DNA from: Escherichia coli
Lineage (GTDB): Bacteria > Pseudomonadota > Gammaproteobacteria > Enterobacterales > Enterobacteriaceae
Strand: one strand, 5' to 3'
Assembly (NCBI RefSeq): GCF_011045215.1
Contig: NZ_CP049201.1
Length of the DNA stretch: 64,000 nt
This document shows positions 36,566-49,020 of the stretch, piece after piece. A program made the position numbers and the translations under genes. Numbering within the stretch: position 1 is the stretch's first letter; every line of letters starts with the position of its first letter. The notes beneath the pieces were generated by a model. It was not told the DNA's origin. It ran no database searches and saw nothing but the letters and a program-made list of their open reading frames with translations.

Positions 36566-37213
36566 TTAATTAAGCAGGCCGGGGAAAATCCCCTTAATAC
36601 CAGTAACGATAAATTCAATCCCCAATGCCATCAGCAATAGCCCCATAATACGCGTAATCACGTTGATGCCGGTCTGGCGTAAAACCCGTACCAGCCACGG
36701 TGCCATGCGGAACAATCCCCAACAACATAAAGCGAACAATGCAATAGCCACAAAGAAACCAAACAGATAGCTAATGCTGTGATAACGCGTACCCCAGACG
36801 ATGGTAGAACTGATCGCCCCTGGCCCCGCCATCAACGGCAACGCCAGTGGCACCACACCAATGCTTTCACGTACCGCGGTTTCTGATTTTTCTTGCTTGT
36901 TCTGTTTATCCTCTCCAAGCTTGCCGCTGATCATCGACATCGCTATCGTCACCACCAGGATGCCCCCGGCGATACGGAACGAATCAATTGATATACCAAA
37001 AAGTTGTAGAATCGTGTCGCCGAGAAAAAGCGAGATCCACAAGATAATGGCCACAGACAGGTTGGCTGTAAGGTTAGTTTTGTTTCGCGCTGCCGCTGTC
37101 TGATAACTGGTCATGCTGATAAAGACGGGAATAATCCCTACCGGGTTGACCAGCGCAAATAACCCGATGAAAAATTTGAAGTAAACGGGAAAATCAAAAA
37201 GGGTCTGAATCAC
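36566..37213 (-). CDS. ychE: MarC-family inner membrane protein YchE
   Basis: 215-aa polytopic membrane ORF. K-12 synteny. Confidence 0.9.
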   Translation of the reverse strand: MIQTLFDFPVYFKFFIGLFALVNPVGIIPVFISMTSYQTAAARNKTNLTANLSVAIILWISLFLGDTILQLFGISIDSFRIAGGILVVTIAMSMISGKLGEDKQNKQEKSETAVRESIGVVPLALPLMAGPGAISSTIVWGTRYHSISYLFGFFVAIALFALCCWGLFRMAPWLVRVLRQTGINVITRIMGLLLMALGIEFIVTGIKGIFPGLLN

Positions 37214-37689
37214 GGTTAGCTCCGAAGCAAAAGCCGGATAATGTTAGCCATAAATAAGGTTGAAAAGACGCGCTGACAATACGCCTTTTGACAGCATTTT
37301 TCACCTCCTAACTACTTAAAATTGCTATCATTCGTTATTGTTATCTAGTTGTGCAAAACATGCTAATGTAGCCACCAAATCATACTACAATTTATTAACT
37401 GTTAGCTATAATGGCGAAAAGCGATGCTGAAAGGTGTCAGCTTTGCAAAAATTTGATTTGGATCACGTAATCAGTACCCAGAAGTGAGTAATCTTGCTTA
37501 CGCCACCTGGAAGTGACGCATTAGAGATAATAACTCTAATGTTTAAACTCTTTTAGTAAATCACAGTGAGTGTGAGCGCGAGTAAGCTTTTGATTTTCAT
37601 CGGTTAAGCAAATCATCACCGCACTGACTATACTCTCGTATTCGAGCAGATGATTTACTAAAAAAGTTTAACATTATCAGGAGAGCATT

Positions 37690-40365
37690 ATGGCTGTTAC
37701 TAATGTCGCTGAACTTAACGCACTCGTAGAGCGTGTAAAAAAAGCCCAGCGTGAATATGCCAGTTTCACTCAAGAGCAAGTAGACAAAATCTTCCGCGCC
37801 GCCGCTCTGGCTGCTGCAGATGCTCGAATCCCACTCGCGAAAATGGCCGTTGCCGAATCCGGCATGGGTATCGTCGAAGATAAAGTGATCAAAAACCACT
37901 TTGCTTCTGAATATATCTACAACGCCTATAAAGATGAAAAAACCTGTGGTGTTCTGTCTGAAGACGACACTTTTGGTACCATCACTATCGCTGAACCAAT
38001 CGGTATTATTTGCGGTATCGTTCCGACCACTAACCCGACTTCAACTGCTATCTTCAAATCGCTGATCAGTCTGAAGACCCGTAACGCCATTATCTTCTCC
38101 CCGCACCCGCGTGCAAAAGATGCCACCAACAAAGCGGCTGATATCGTTCTGCAGGCTGCTATCGCTGCCGGTGCTCCGAAAGATCTGATCGGCTGGATCG
38201 ATCAACCTTCTGTTGAACTGTCTAACGCACTGATGCACCACCCAGACATCAACCTGATCCTCGCGACTGGTGGTCCGGGCATGGTTAAAGCCGCATACAG
38301 CTCCGGTAAACCAGCTATCGGTGTAGGCGCGGGTAACACTCCAGTTGTTATTGATGAAACTGCTGATATCAAACGTGCAGTTGCATCTGTACTGATGTCC
38401 AAAACCTTTGACAACGGCGTAATCTGTGCTTCTGAACAGTCTGTTGTTGTTGTTGACTCTGTTTATGACGCAGTACGTGAACGTTTCGCAACCCACGGCG
38501 GCTATCTGTTGCAGGGTAAAGAGCTGAAAGCTGTTCAGGACGTTATCCTGAAAAACGGTGCGCTGAACGCGGCTATCGTTGGTCAGCCAGCCTATAAAAT
38601 TGCTGAACTGGCAGGCTTCTCTGTACCAGAAAACACCAAGATTCTGATCGGTGAAGTGACCGTTGTTGATGAAAGCGAACCGTTCGCACATGAAAAACTG
38701 TCCCCGACTCTGGCAATGTACCGCGCTAAAGATTTCGAAGACGCGGTAGAAAAAGCAGAGAAACTGGTTGCTATGGGTGGTATCGGTCATACCTCTTGCC
38801 TGTACACTGACCAGGATAACCAACCGGCTCGCGTTTCTTACTTCGGTCAGAAAATGAAAACGGCTCGTATCCTGATTAACACCCCGGCTTCTCAGGGTGG
38901 TATCGGTGACCTGTATAACTTCAAACTCGCACCTTCCCTGACTCTGGGTTGTGGTTCCTGGGGTGGTAACTCCATCTCTGAAAACGTTGGTCCGAAACAC
39001 CTGATCAACAAGAAAACCGTTGCTAAGCGAGCTGAAAACATGTTGTGGCACAAACTTCCGAAATCTATCTACTTCCGCCGTGGCTCCCTGCCAATCGCGC
39101 TGGATGAAGTGATTACTGATGGCCACAAACGTGCGCTCATCGTGACTGACCGCTTCCTGTTCAACAATGGTTATGCTGATCAGATCACTTCCGTACTGAA
39201 AGCAGCAGGTGTTGAAACTGAAGTCTTCTTCGAAGTAGAAGCGGACCCGACCCTGAGCATCGTTCGTAAAGGTGCAGAACTGGCAAACTCCTTCAAACCA
39301 GACGTGATTATCGCGCTGGGTGGTGGTTCCCCGATGGACGCCGCGAAGATCATGTGGGTTATGTACGAACATCCGGAAACTCACTTCGAAGAGCTGGCGC
39401 TGCGCTTTATGGATATCCGTAAACGTATCTACAAGTTCCCGAAAATGGGCGTGAAAGCGAAAATGATTGCTGTCACCACCACTTCTGGTACAGGTTCTGA
39501 AGTCACTCCGTTTGCGGTTGTAACTGACGACGCTACTGGTCAGAAATACCCGCTGGCGGACTATGCGCTGACCCCGGATATGGCGATTGTCGATGCCAAC
39601 CTGGTTATGGACATGCCGAAGTCCCTGTGTGCTTTCGGTGGTCTGGACGCAGTAACTCACGCCATGGAAGCTTATGTTTCTGTACTGGCATCTGAGTTCT
39701 CTGATGGTCAGGCTCTGCAGGCACTGAAACTGCTGAAAGAATATCTGCCAGCGTCCTACCACGAAGGGTCTAAAAATCCGGTAGCGCGTGAACGTGTTCA
39801 CAGTGCAGCGACTATCGCGGGTATCGCGTTTGCGAACGCCTTCCTGGGTGTATGTCACTCAATGGCGCACAAACTGGGTTCCCAGTTCCATATTCCGCAC
39901 GGTCTGGCAAACGCCCTGCTGATTTGTAACGTTATTCGCTACAATGCGAACGACAACCCGACCAAGCAGACTGCATTCAGCCAGTATGACCGTCCGCAGG
40001 CTCGCCGTCGTTATGCTGAAATTGCCGACCACCTGGGTCTGAGCGCACCGGGCGACCGTACTGCTGCTAAGATCGAGAAACTGCTGGCATGGCTGGAAAC
40101 GCTGAAGGCTGAACTGGGTATTCCGAAATCTATCCGTGAAGCTGGCGTTCAGGAAGCAGACTTCCTGGCGAACGTGGATAAACTGTCTGAAGATGCATTC
40201 GATGACCAGTGCACCGGCGCTAACCCGCGTTACCCGCTGATCTCCGAGCTGAAACAGATTCTGCTGGATACCTACTACGGTCGTGATTATGTAGAAGGTG
40301 AAACTGCAGCGAAAAAAGAAGCCGCTCCGGCTAAAGCTGAGAAAAAAGCGAAAAAATCCGCTTAA
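37690..40365 (+). CDS. adhE: Bifunctional aldehyde/alcohol dehydrogenase AdhE
   Basis: 891 aa, [35 protein letters not shown]... Confidence 0.97.
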
Positions 40366-40390
40366 TCAGTAGCGCTGTCTGGCAACATAA

Positions 40391-40417
40391 ACGGCCCCTT
40401 CTGGGGCCGTTTTTTTG
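40391..40417 (+). terminator. adhE terminator
   Basis: ACGGCCCC-ttct-GGGGCCGT hairpin followed by TTTTTTT. Confidence 0.85.
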
Positions 40418-40665
40418 TTTTCCTAATGCAACTATTCCATAAACCGACAGCATTAGCCTTCATCATAATTGCAGCGATGTATAACGCCTACACACAGGGA
40501 TATTGTACTTTACAGGTCACAAGTCAACGTCGGTGCTTAAGCGCTCTGTGAGGCGTATAGCGGCGTTAAAAACTACCGCGAAGGGTGTATAACCCAGAAG
40601 AAGTGCGTAAAACGAACTGACAGGATAAAAACGCCCTGCTCACCCTGTCAGTAAAGAAATTCTTA

Positions 40666-41283
40666 TTAATCGTGGCGATGCCTTTCCTGAATAGCCGTTA
40701 ATGAGCCGACTTCTAACGCCTCTTTATAGTGTTTACGGCATACAGAAACGTAGCGTTCATTACCACCAATAACCACCTGCTCACCTTCGTTATAAGGTCT
40801 GCCTGCTTGATCAAGACGCAGCACCATGCTTGCTTTACGGCCACAAAAACAGATGGTTTTTAATTCAACCAGTTTGTCGGACCATGCCAGTAAGTATTGG
40901 CTGCCAATAAATAATTCACCTCGAAAATCGGTACGTAAACCATAACAAAGTACGGGTATATCGAGTTGATCGACAACCTCCGATAATTCATATACTTGTT
41001 GTCTGGTTAAAAACTGGCATTCATCAACCAGTACGCAATGAATTGCCTGCTGTTCATGTTCCGCACGAATCTCATCAAATAATGATGAATTTTGGTTAAA
41101 TAATTTTGCAGGCGATGACAAACCTATACGCGAACTGACTTTCCCGGCACCAAAGCGATCATCAATTTCTGCCGTATATACGACAGTGCGCATGCCGCGT
41201 TCCTGGTAATTGTATGAAGATTGCAACAATGCTGTAGACTTACCCGCATTCATTGCGGAATAGTAGAAATATAGCTGTGCCAT
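40666..41283 (-). CDS. tdk: Thymidine kinase
   Basis: [30 protein letters not shown]..., 205 aa. Confidence 0.95.
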
Positions 41284-41886
41284 CAGCCACAGGCCCTCAA
41301 TGATATGAAATAAAGTTGGCTGGAGTTTATCATAATTCGTCAGTTTTTCAGCTCAACAGTATGCACAGAAGTGGTATATGCGTTCTCCCTTACGAAGCCT
41401 TGCATAATCCTTCTGAGCTATCATTACAACTGCCTCGCTTGTTATAAGCGGGTAAATGACTGCTGGTAACTATTCACAATCTTTAACCTGTTGCGCAAGT
41501 AATAGCCCTCTGTTGACCTCCAGGAGATAGTGCAATACTAAGTCCCTGCTCTTATTGCGACTGTTCTACTTTTCATCATTCGCTTAATAGGGAATTCTCG
41601 TAAACACGACTAATACAGAAGACTGAAAGGTCGTCAGCCTACGATGATCTCCCCATAAAATGTGACATGAATCAGGAAGTTTTAACCTCACGTGCTGCGA
41701 AATCATCGGTGCAAATAGGGCTATATGCCGCGTCTTTTCTGGCTAATTTTATGAAAAGATATTTATTGGCGGCACAAAATAAAGAACAATTTTGAATTCC
41801 TTACATTCCTGGCTATTGCACAACTGAATTTAAGGCTCTATTATTACCTCAACAAACCACCCCAATATAAGTTTGAGATTACTACA

Positions 41887-42300
41887 ATGAGCGAAGCACT
41901 TAAAATTCTGAACAACATCCGTACTCTTCGTGCGCAGGCAAGAGAATGTACACTTGAAACGCTGGAAGAAATGCTGGAAAAATTAGAAGTTGTTGTTAAC
42001 GAACGTCGCGAAGAAGAAAGCGCGGCTGCTGCTGAAGTTGAAGAGCGCACTCGTAAACTGCAGCAATATCGCGAAATGCTGATCGCTGACGGTATTGACC
42101 CGAACGAGCTGCTGAATAGCCTTGCCGCCGTTAAATCTGGCACCAAAGCTAAACGTGCTCAGCGTCCGGCAAAATATAGCTACGTTGACGAAAACGGCGA
42201 AACTAAAACCTGGACTGGCCAGGGCCGTACTCCAGCTGTAATCAAAAAAGCGATGGATGAGCAAGGTAAATCCCTCGACGATTTCCTGATCAAGCAATAA
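41887..42300 (+). CDS. hns: Nucleoid protein H-NS
   Basis: [41 protein letters not shown]..., 137 aa. Confidence 0.97.
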
Positions 42301-42324
42301 TCTTTTGTAGATTGCACTTGCTTA

Positions 42325-42351
42325 AAATCCCGCCATCGGCGGGATTTTTTA
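42325..42351 (+). terminator. hns terminator
   Basis: AAATCCCGCC-atc-GGCGGGATTT hairpin followed by a T-run. Confidence 0.85.
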
Positions 42352-42443
42352 TTGTCCGGTTTAAGACAATTTAATAAGAATAAGCTATAAAAAAACGGCG
42401 TCGATTGCTCAACGCCGTTTCGTGGATAACACCGATACGGATG

Positions 42444-43352
42444 TTACTTCTTAATGCCCATCTCTTCTTCAAGCCAGGCTTTAAATTCCGTGCCAAGGGT
42501 GTTATGACGAATACCGTATTCAACGAAGGCCTGCATGTAACCTAATTTATTACCGCAGTCATGGCTCTTCCCTTTCATATGATAGGCTTCAACCGTTTCT
42601 TTTTCGATTAGCATATCAATTGCGTCGGTGAGCTGAATTTCATCACCAGCTCCCGGAGGGGTTTTTGCCAGCAACGGCCAAATATCCGCACTAAGTACGT
42701 AACGACCCACAATAGCGAGATTAGACGGCGCAACATCCGCTTTTGGTTTTTCAACCACGCCAACCATCGGTACGCTTTCACCCGGCGCTAATTCAACGCC
42801 TTTGCAATCCACAACGCCATATGCGGTCACATCAGCAACCGGTTCAACCATGATCTGGCTATGACCCGTTTCATCGAAGCGGCGGATCATCTCTGCCAGG
42901 TTATCCTGTGACAAATCGGATTCATATTCATCCAGAATAACGTCAGGCAAAATAACAGCCACAGGTTCATCACCCACTACCGGGTGAGCACACAATACCG
43001 CGTGTCCCAGGCCTTTCGCCAGCCCCTGACGAACTTGCATAATAGTTACGTGCGGCGGACAAATAGACTGCACTTCATCAAGCAGTTGACGTTTTACACG
43101 TTTTTCCAGCATTGCTTCCAGTTCAAAACTGGTATCAAAGTGGTTTTCAATAGAGTTTTTAGATGAGTGTGTAACCAGCACAATTTCAGTAATGCCAGCC
43201 GCAATACATTCATTCACGACGTATTGAATTAAAGGCTTATCGACAAGTGGCAGCATCTCTTTCGGGATGGCTTTCGTCGCCGGCAACATCCTGGTTCCTA
43301 ATCCCGCAACGGGGATAACGGCTTTTTTGACTTTCGTATTAATGGCAGCCAT
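42444..43352 (-). CDS. galU: UTP-glucose-1-phosphate uridylyltransferase GalU
   Basis: [35 protein letters not shown]..., 302 aa. Confidence 0.97.
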
Positions 43353-43553
43353 TTAAATTCTCCTGGACTGTTCGTGTTTTGAACGTGTTCATATTTCTGT
43401 ATCGCATCCCAGTATATCAGCACCCCAGAGGGGCTAAGTTCTGAAAAGGATGCGAGTTAGCATAATTAAGACAATTACTTATACGAATGGCGACGATAGT
43501 ACCACCAGCCGACATTAGCTGGTAATGCAAATTTAGCCCGCGTTATCGTTTGC

Positions 43554-44567
43554 TCATTCTGCAGACAACATCAAGCGCAGCCGACCACCGGTTCCCCATA
43601 TTTGGCATTGCCAGGCATCGCATCGCTGGCTCAATTGATTCAAATAAGCGTTACCTAAAGTGCCTAACGGAACACCATTACTGATTTGCACCTGGTGTTC
43701 GCCGGTATTTAACGTCGCATTCAGACCCGCAGAAACCAGAATGAGATTTTTCAGTTCGCGATGATAATAGCCAACTAATAGCGGAAACTGCCCCGGCAGA
43801 TTGGCCTGACGGAGTAAATGGTTTACCTGCTTCAATAACGCGCCCAACTCTGGCAACCGTTGATTTTGGTGTGCAAGCTGTTCCTGTAATAATCCGTTAA
43901 ACAATGCGCGTAATAACAAGGCAGCAAGTACGCCATTATGTCCAGCTCGGGTTACATCAAGGCAATAAAATGCCAGATCGTTTTCCGAAAGTGCGGCAAT
44001 ATCAAGCACCAGGCCGGGTTTGTCCGCGGCAACCAATTGACGATAATTAACCCGGCAATGGGAAATCACCTGCTGAACCGGCGGTTGTAGTTCCTGTAAT
44101 AATTTCGCCGCTGCGGCAGGGTTATCAACCATTGCATCCCAGTCGCGAAAAAGCCTTTCCTCTTCCTCAACGCGCGAATTAAACATGCTGGGATAGAGAC
44201 AGGCAAAAACCATCTCGCGCAAGCGATTCAGATCTTTAACTGGTTTCAGCAAAACATCTTCAACGCCCAGACGTAACGCTTTGGCAATATCTGCCATATT
44301 TTCAGTGGCAGATATCACCAGAACTGGGGTCTGGTCGCCTCTGTTACGTATATGCTCCAGCAGTTTAAGCCCGTTCATTCGTGGCATCGCGATATCACAT
44401 ATCATCAGGTCTGGAGTGAAACCTCCCAGCAACTCAAGGGCATCCACCCCATCAGCCGCCAGTACCGTTGTCGCTCCCAATGAGGAAAACCACGAATCCA
44501 GAAGCGAGCGAAATACCTGCTCATCTTCAACAATGAGAATCTGTTTTCCGACCAATGGCTGCGTCAT
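43554..44567 (-). CDS. rssB: RpoS-degradation adaptor / response regulator RssB
   Basis: 337 aa. Receiver domain followed by a PP2C-like domain. K-12 synteny. Confidence 0.95.
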   Translation of the reverse strand: MTQPLVGKQILIVEDEQVFRSLLDSWFSSLGATTVLAADGVDALELLGGFTPDLMICDIAMPRMNGLKLLEHIRNRGDQTPVLVISATENMADIAKALRLGVEDVLLKPVKDLNRLREMVFACLYPSMFNSRVEEEERLFRDWDAMVDNPAAAAKLLQELQPPVQQVISHCRVNYRQLVAADKPGLVLDIAALSENDLAFYCLDVTRAGHNGVLAALLLRALFNGLLQEQLAHQNQRLPELGALLKQVNHLLRQANLPGQFPLLVGYYHRELKNLILVSAGLNATLNTGEHQVQISNGVPLGTLGNAYLNQLSQRCDAWQCQIWGTGGRLRLMLSAE

Positions 44568-44658
44568 GTTCTCTCCCCTGACTGGCTTTACTCAATAGTG
44601 GCATGCTATTGCCACCTGCGCCTGTCAGAATTAACTTAAGTGTAGATAAAAATTCTGG

Positions 44659-45564
44659 TCAAATGTTGGTGCGTACCAACGGCAAAAGTTCGTCCATTTT
44701 CTTTTCCACTGCCAGCTGCCCGGCCGCAATGGCAGCGTGCGCGCGATGGAAATCAAGCGTAGATATTTGCGGGCAAACAGGTTGAATCAGAATATCGGGC
44801 GGATCACCTGCCATGCGGTTCCTTTTAAGGCGGTTCTCCAGCACCTGGATAGAAGTGGTCATAATCTCTGTTGCCGTTGGTGCTGTCACCGCCCGACGTG
44901 TCGTTATGCTGCCTAACCTTTCTTTCAGACGCGCATGCCACGGCAGAGAATCACCATTCTCGCTATTTTCTTCACTGACATTAAAGGAGAGCAAATCTTG
45001 TTGCATCAAATGAGCATCGTGCTGCAGGTCGACCGCTATCACAATGTCAGCACCCAATGCACGCGTGAGCGAAATAGGAATTGGGTTAACGACTGCCCCA
45101 TCAACCAGCCAGTAGCCGTTATGCGCAACGGGTGCCATTAGTCCTGGAATACTGCATGATGCGCGAATAGCAAGATGGAGATCGCCTTCAGTAAACCATA
45201 ATTCACGCCCCGTACTTAAATTGGTGGCAACAGCCGCGAAGCGACGGGAACAATTTTCGATCTCTGTTTCCGGCATTATTTCGCGGTATTGATTGAAGAC
45301 ACGCTCGCCGCGCAGTAACCCACCGCGCTGCCAGGAGAGATCCATCAGGCGTAAAACATCCCAATAACTGAAAGAGGTTACCCAATCTTCCAGCGCAGAT
45401 AATCGATCGCATGCATAGGCCGCGCCCACCAGCGAACCAATTGAACATCCTGCAACGATATCAATTTCAATACCCACTTTTTTTAGCGCATTAATAACGC
45501 CAATATGCGACCAACCTCTCGCCGCGCCAGATCCCAGCGCCAGCCCTATTTTTATCTTTCTCAT
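44659..45564 (-). CDS. rssA: Patatin-like phospholipase RssA
   Basis: MRKIKIGLALGSGAARGWSHIG... with GCSIG lipase motif. 301 aa. Confidence 0.9.
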   Translation of the reverse strand: MRKIKIGLALGSGAARGWSHIGVINALKKVGIEIDIVAGCSIGSLVGAAYACDRLSALEDWVTSFSYWDVLRLMDLSWQRGGLLRGERVFNQYREIMPETEIENCSRRFAAVATNLSTGRELWFTEGDLHLAIRASCSIPGLMAPVAHNGYWLVDGAVVNPIPISLTRALGADIVIAVDLQHDAHLMQQDLLSFNVSEENSENGDSLPWHARLKERLGSITTRRAVTAPTATEIMTTSIQVLENRLKRNRMAGDPPDILIQPVCPQISTLDFHRAHAAIAAGQLAVEKKMDELLPLVRTNI

Positions 45565-45676
45565 TATTCCCGCAAGATTCCCCTGGAATGCAATCGTAGC
45601 CACATCGCTACTGCTCGGTTAACATAGTGCTACTCAGGCGGTTAATACGCCGTTATTGTTTCCAGGGAGATTATTT

Positions 45677-46135
45677 GTGTCTCAGCTTTGTCCCTGTGGT
45701 AGTGCTGTCGAGTATAGCCTATGTTGCCACCCTTATGTGTCTGGTGAAAAGGTTGCACCTGATCCAGAACATCTCATGCGTTCGCGTTACTGCGCTTTTG
45801 TGATGCAAGACGCAGATTATTTAATAAAGACCTGGCATCCATCTTGTGGGGCAGCGGCGTTACGTGCCGAATTGATTGCCGGATTTGCGCATACTGAATG
45901 GTTGGGATTGACCGTATTTGAACATTGTTGGCAGGACGTCGACAATATCGGATTTGTCAGTTTTGTTGCTCGATTTACCGAAGGTGGCAAAACAGGTGCA
46001 ATAATTGAACGTTCGCGATTTTTGAAAGAAAACGGTCAATGGTACTATATTGACGGTACACGTCCGCAGTTTGGCCGCAACGATCCCTGCCCTTGTGGTT
46101 CAGGTAAAAAATTTAAAAAGTGCTGCGGCCAATAA
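45677..46135 (+). CDS. ychJ: SEC-C motif protein YchJ
   Basis: GTG start. N- and C-terminal CPCGS motifs. 152 aa. Confidence 0.9.
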   Translation: MSQLCPCGSAVEYSLCCHPYVSGEKVAPDPEHLMRSRYCAFVMQDADYLIKTWHPSCGAAALRAELIAGFAHTEWLGLTVFEHCWQDVDNIGFVSFVARFTEGGKTGAIIERSRFLKENGQWYYIDGTRPQFGRNDPCPCGSGKKFKKCCGQ

Positions 46136-46184
46136 TGGTTGACGGTACGGTTTAGCAAACACTCTCAACAAGGTTTTTCCAGCA

Positions 46185-47027
46185 ATGCATTCACTCCAAC
46201 GTAAAGTTCTGCGTACTATTTGTCCGGACCAAAAAGGTCTGATCGCACGTATTACCAATATTTGCTACAAGCACGAGTTAAATATCGTACAGAACAATGA
46301 ATTTGTTGATCACCGTACCGGGCGCTTTTTTATGCGCACGGAACTGGAAGGGATTTTTAATGATTCCACCCTGCTGGCGGATCTCGATAGCGCATTGCCA
46401 GAAGGCTCCGTGCGTGAGCTGAATCCTGCCGGTCGTCGCCGGATAGTGATTCTGGTCACTAAAGAAGCGCATTGCCTTGGCGATTTGTTGATGAAAGCCA
46501 ATTACGGCGGCCTGGATGTCGAAATCGCGGCAGTTATTGGTAACCACGATACTTTACGTTCTCTGGTTGAGCGTTTTGATATACCGTTTGAGCTGGTAAG
46601 CCATGAAGGGTTAAGCCGCAACGAGCACGATCAAAAGATGGCGGATGCCATTGATGCTTATCAACCTGACTACGTGGTGCTGGCGAAGTATATGCGGGTA
46701 TTAACACCGGAATTTGTGGCACGCTTCCCGAATAAAATCATCAATATTCACCATTCATTCCTGCCAGCGTTTATCGGCGCACGTCCTTATCACCAGGCCT
46801 ATGAACGTGGCGTGAAGATTATTGGCGCAACAGCTCACTATGTGAATGACAATCTGGACGAAGGCCCAATCATCATGCAGGACGTTATTCATGTCGATCA
46901 TACCTACACAGCTGAAGATATGATGCGCGCAGGTCGTGACGTCGAGAAAAACGTCTTAAGTCGCGCGCTCTACAAAGTACTGGCGCAGCGCGTCTTTGTT
47001 TACGGTAATCGGACGATTATTCTTTAA
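46185..47027 (+). CDS. purU: Formyltetrahydrofolate deformylase PurU
   Basis: 280 aa. ACT domain plus formyltransferase domain. Confidence 0.95.
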   Translation: MHSLQRKVLRTICPDQKGLIARITNICYKHELNIVQNNEFVDHRTGRFFMRTELEGIFNDSTLLADLDSALPEGSVRELNPAGRRRIVILVTKEAHCLGDLLMKANYGGLDVEIAAVIGNHDTLRSLVERFDIPFELVSHEGLSRNEHDQKMADAIDAYQPDYVVLAKYMRVLTPEFVARFPNKIINIHHSFLPAFIGARPYHQAYERGVKIIGATAHYVNDNLDEGPIIMQDVIHVDHTYTAEDMMRAGRDVEKNVLSRALYKVLAQRVFVYGNRTIIL

Positions 47028-47186
47028 TCGCCAGCAAAAATAACTGGTTACCTTTAATCCGTTACGGATGAAAATTACGCAACCAGTTCATTTTTCTCAA
47101 CGTAACACTTTACAGCGGCGCGTCATTTGATATGATGCGCCCCGCTTCCCGATAAGGGAGCAGGCCAGTAAAAAGCATTACCCCGT

Positions 47187-47252
<66 letters not shown>

Positions 47253-47271
<19 letters not shown>

Positions 47272-47449
47272 TCACTTTCAAAAGTACCTGAACTCTCAAG
47301 CGAATCCGTAAATAAATATTCTGCCCAAGCGGGGAAGGACGAGAAGCTTCGACCAAGGTTCGACTCGAGCGCCAGCGAGAGAGCGTTGCCGCAGGCAACG
47401 ACCCGAAGGGCGAAGCGCGCAGCGCTGAGTAATCCTTCCTCCACCACCA
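47253..47449 (+). repeat. tyrT-distal 178-bp repeat carrying a copy of the tRNA 3' end
   Basis: aatccttcccccaccacca (47253) recurs as aatccttcctccaccacca at 47431, exactly 178 bp later. This is the known tyrT operon repeat (rtT/tpr region). Confidence 0.8.
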
Positions 47450-47493
47450 TTTCTTCCTGAAATACTCAAAACCTGTTACTCCGAGCTAATTTT

Positions 47494-47568
47494 GCCCGAT
47501 GGCACCGCGTTTACCGGACCTACAATATCCTCCCCTGTAGGTCGGATAAGCGAAGCGCATCCGACAAC
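47494..47568. repeat. REP/BIME element
   Basis: gcccgatggcaccgcgtttaccggacctaca and tgtaggtcggataagcgaagcgcatccgacaac are REP-type palindromic units in inverted orientation. Confidence 0.65.
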
Positions 47569-47632
47569 TCACCCCGCACCGTGCCCATAAAAAAACCCCG
47601 CCGAAGCAGGGTCTATGTGAACTAAAATTCGC

Positions 47633-48310
47633 TTAGTGACGAGCGCGCACCAGCTGGTACTTACGTGTCAGATACTCCACCGGTACGCTCCAGATGTGTA
47701 CCAGACGCGAGAACGGGAACAGCAGGAATAACGTCATCCCCAGCACCAGGTGTAGACGGAAGATAAACGCCACACCATCGAGGTGTTGAGAAGCGCCACC
47801 GTGGAAGGTCACCACCGACTGCGCCCAGCCAACCAGTTTCATCATCTCGCTACCGTCCATATGTTGGGCGGAGAACGGAATGGTCAACAGGCCCAGCGCG
47901 CACTGGATAACGAGCAGCGACAGGATCAGGATATCCGCTCCGGTAGTGGTTGCACGCACGCGTGGGCTGAACAGACGACGCTTAAGCAACAGTAGGCCGC
48001 CAATCAGACACAGCACGCCGCTGGCACCACCAGCAAACATCGCCATTTTCTGTTTCACTTCAATCGGCAGCCAGGCTTCATACATCCAGTGCGGCGTCAG
48101 CATACCGAAGAAGTGACCGACAAAAATCCCCAGAATACCGATATGGAACAGGTTCGACGCCAGGTTCATCCCTTTGCGATCCAGCATCTGGCTGGACGCC
48201 GCGCGCCAGGTGTACTGCCCGTAGTCATAACGCAGCCAGCTACCAATCAGGAAGACCGCCCCGGCTATGTACGGGTAGATATCAAAGAAGAACATATTCA
48301 GGAATTGCAT
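47633..48310 (-). CDS. narI: Nitrate reductase A gamma subunit NarI
   Basis: 225-aa heme b membrane subunit. nar operon order. Confidence 0.97.
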   Translation of the reverse strand: MQFLNMFFFDIYPYIAGAVFLIGSWLRYDYGQYTWRAASSQMLDRKGMNLASNLFHIGILGIFVGHFFGMLTPHWMYEAWLPIEVKQKMAMFAGGASGVLCLIGGLLLLKRRLFSPRVRATTTGADILILSLLVIQCALGLLTIPFSAQHMDGSEMMKLVGWAQSVVTFHGGASQHLDGVAFIFRLHLVLGMTLFLLFPFSRLVHIWSVPVEYLTRKYQLVRARH

Positions 48311-49020
48311 TAGTGCTGTCCTCCGGTGGTGATATTCAGATATTGCGGCGCGACGGCACCGGCAAAGCGACGCTGATGAGCAGTGATTGCTGAATCACCG
48401 CAGCCTTTGTCAGCAAAGAATTTAACCTGCTCTTCTTCCCAAACAGCATCCAGCGCCTGCGGCGTATCATCGCGCGCTTCGTCGGCAATTTTTTCCGCCA
48501 CTTTGTCGCTGTCGATAGCGGTATTGGCCAATTTCAGCAGCAGATCAAACAGCACGGCATAACGGCTTTCACGCTGTTGCAGACGCGCGCTCAGCAATGC
48601 CAGAATTGGCGCGATATCTTTCAAACCTTCCACGGCTTCGCTTTGCGGCAGCTGCGACAGGTACTCCAGATACAGCGGCAGATGATCCGGCAATTCGCGG
48701 CTGTTTAACTGCAAGCCGTGCTGCTCGTACTGCGCCAGCAGGTCCACCATCGCCTGGCCGCGGTCGCGGGATTCGCCGTGCACATGTTCAAACAGCAACA
48801 GTGACGTGGCGCGGCCACGGTCGAACAGTTCGCTGTACTGCGCCTGGGCATCGAGCGGATCCATCGTCGTTAAATCGCGCAGGAAAATGCCCAGCGCATG
48901 GGCATCCTCTTTTGGCAGATTTTTCGACGCGGCAATCGCCTCAAACATCTCTTGTTGATGCTGCCATAAGGCAGCATCCGGATATTCAAGGAGACGCGAT
49001 ACAATCACGAGTTCGATCAT
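48310..49020 (-). CDS. narJ: Nitrate reductase chaperone NarJ
   Basis: 236 aa. Operon order. Confidence 0.97.
   Translation of the reverse strand: MIELVIVSRLLEYPDAALWQHQQEMFEAIAASKNLPKEDAHALGIFLRDLTTMDPLDAQAQYSELFDRGRATSLLLFEHVHGESRDRGQAMVDLLAQYEQHGLQLNSRELPDHLPLYLEYLSQLPQSEAVEGLKDIAPILALLSARLQQRESRYAVLFDLLLKLANTAIDSDKVAEKIADEARDDTPQALDAVWEEEQVKFFADKGCGDSAITAHQRRFAGAVAPQYLNITTGGQH

Noticed and set aside
38041-39858. 605-aa ORF antisense to adhE
   Set aside because: It lies entirely within the highly expressed adhE gene on the opposite strand. Its composition (R/F/V/T-rich, low complexity) and lack of start context fit a codon-bias shadow ORF.
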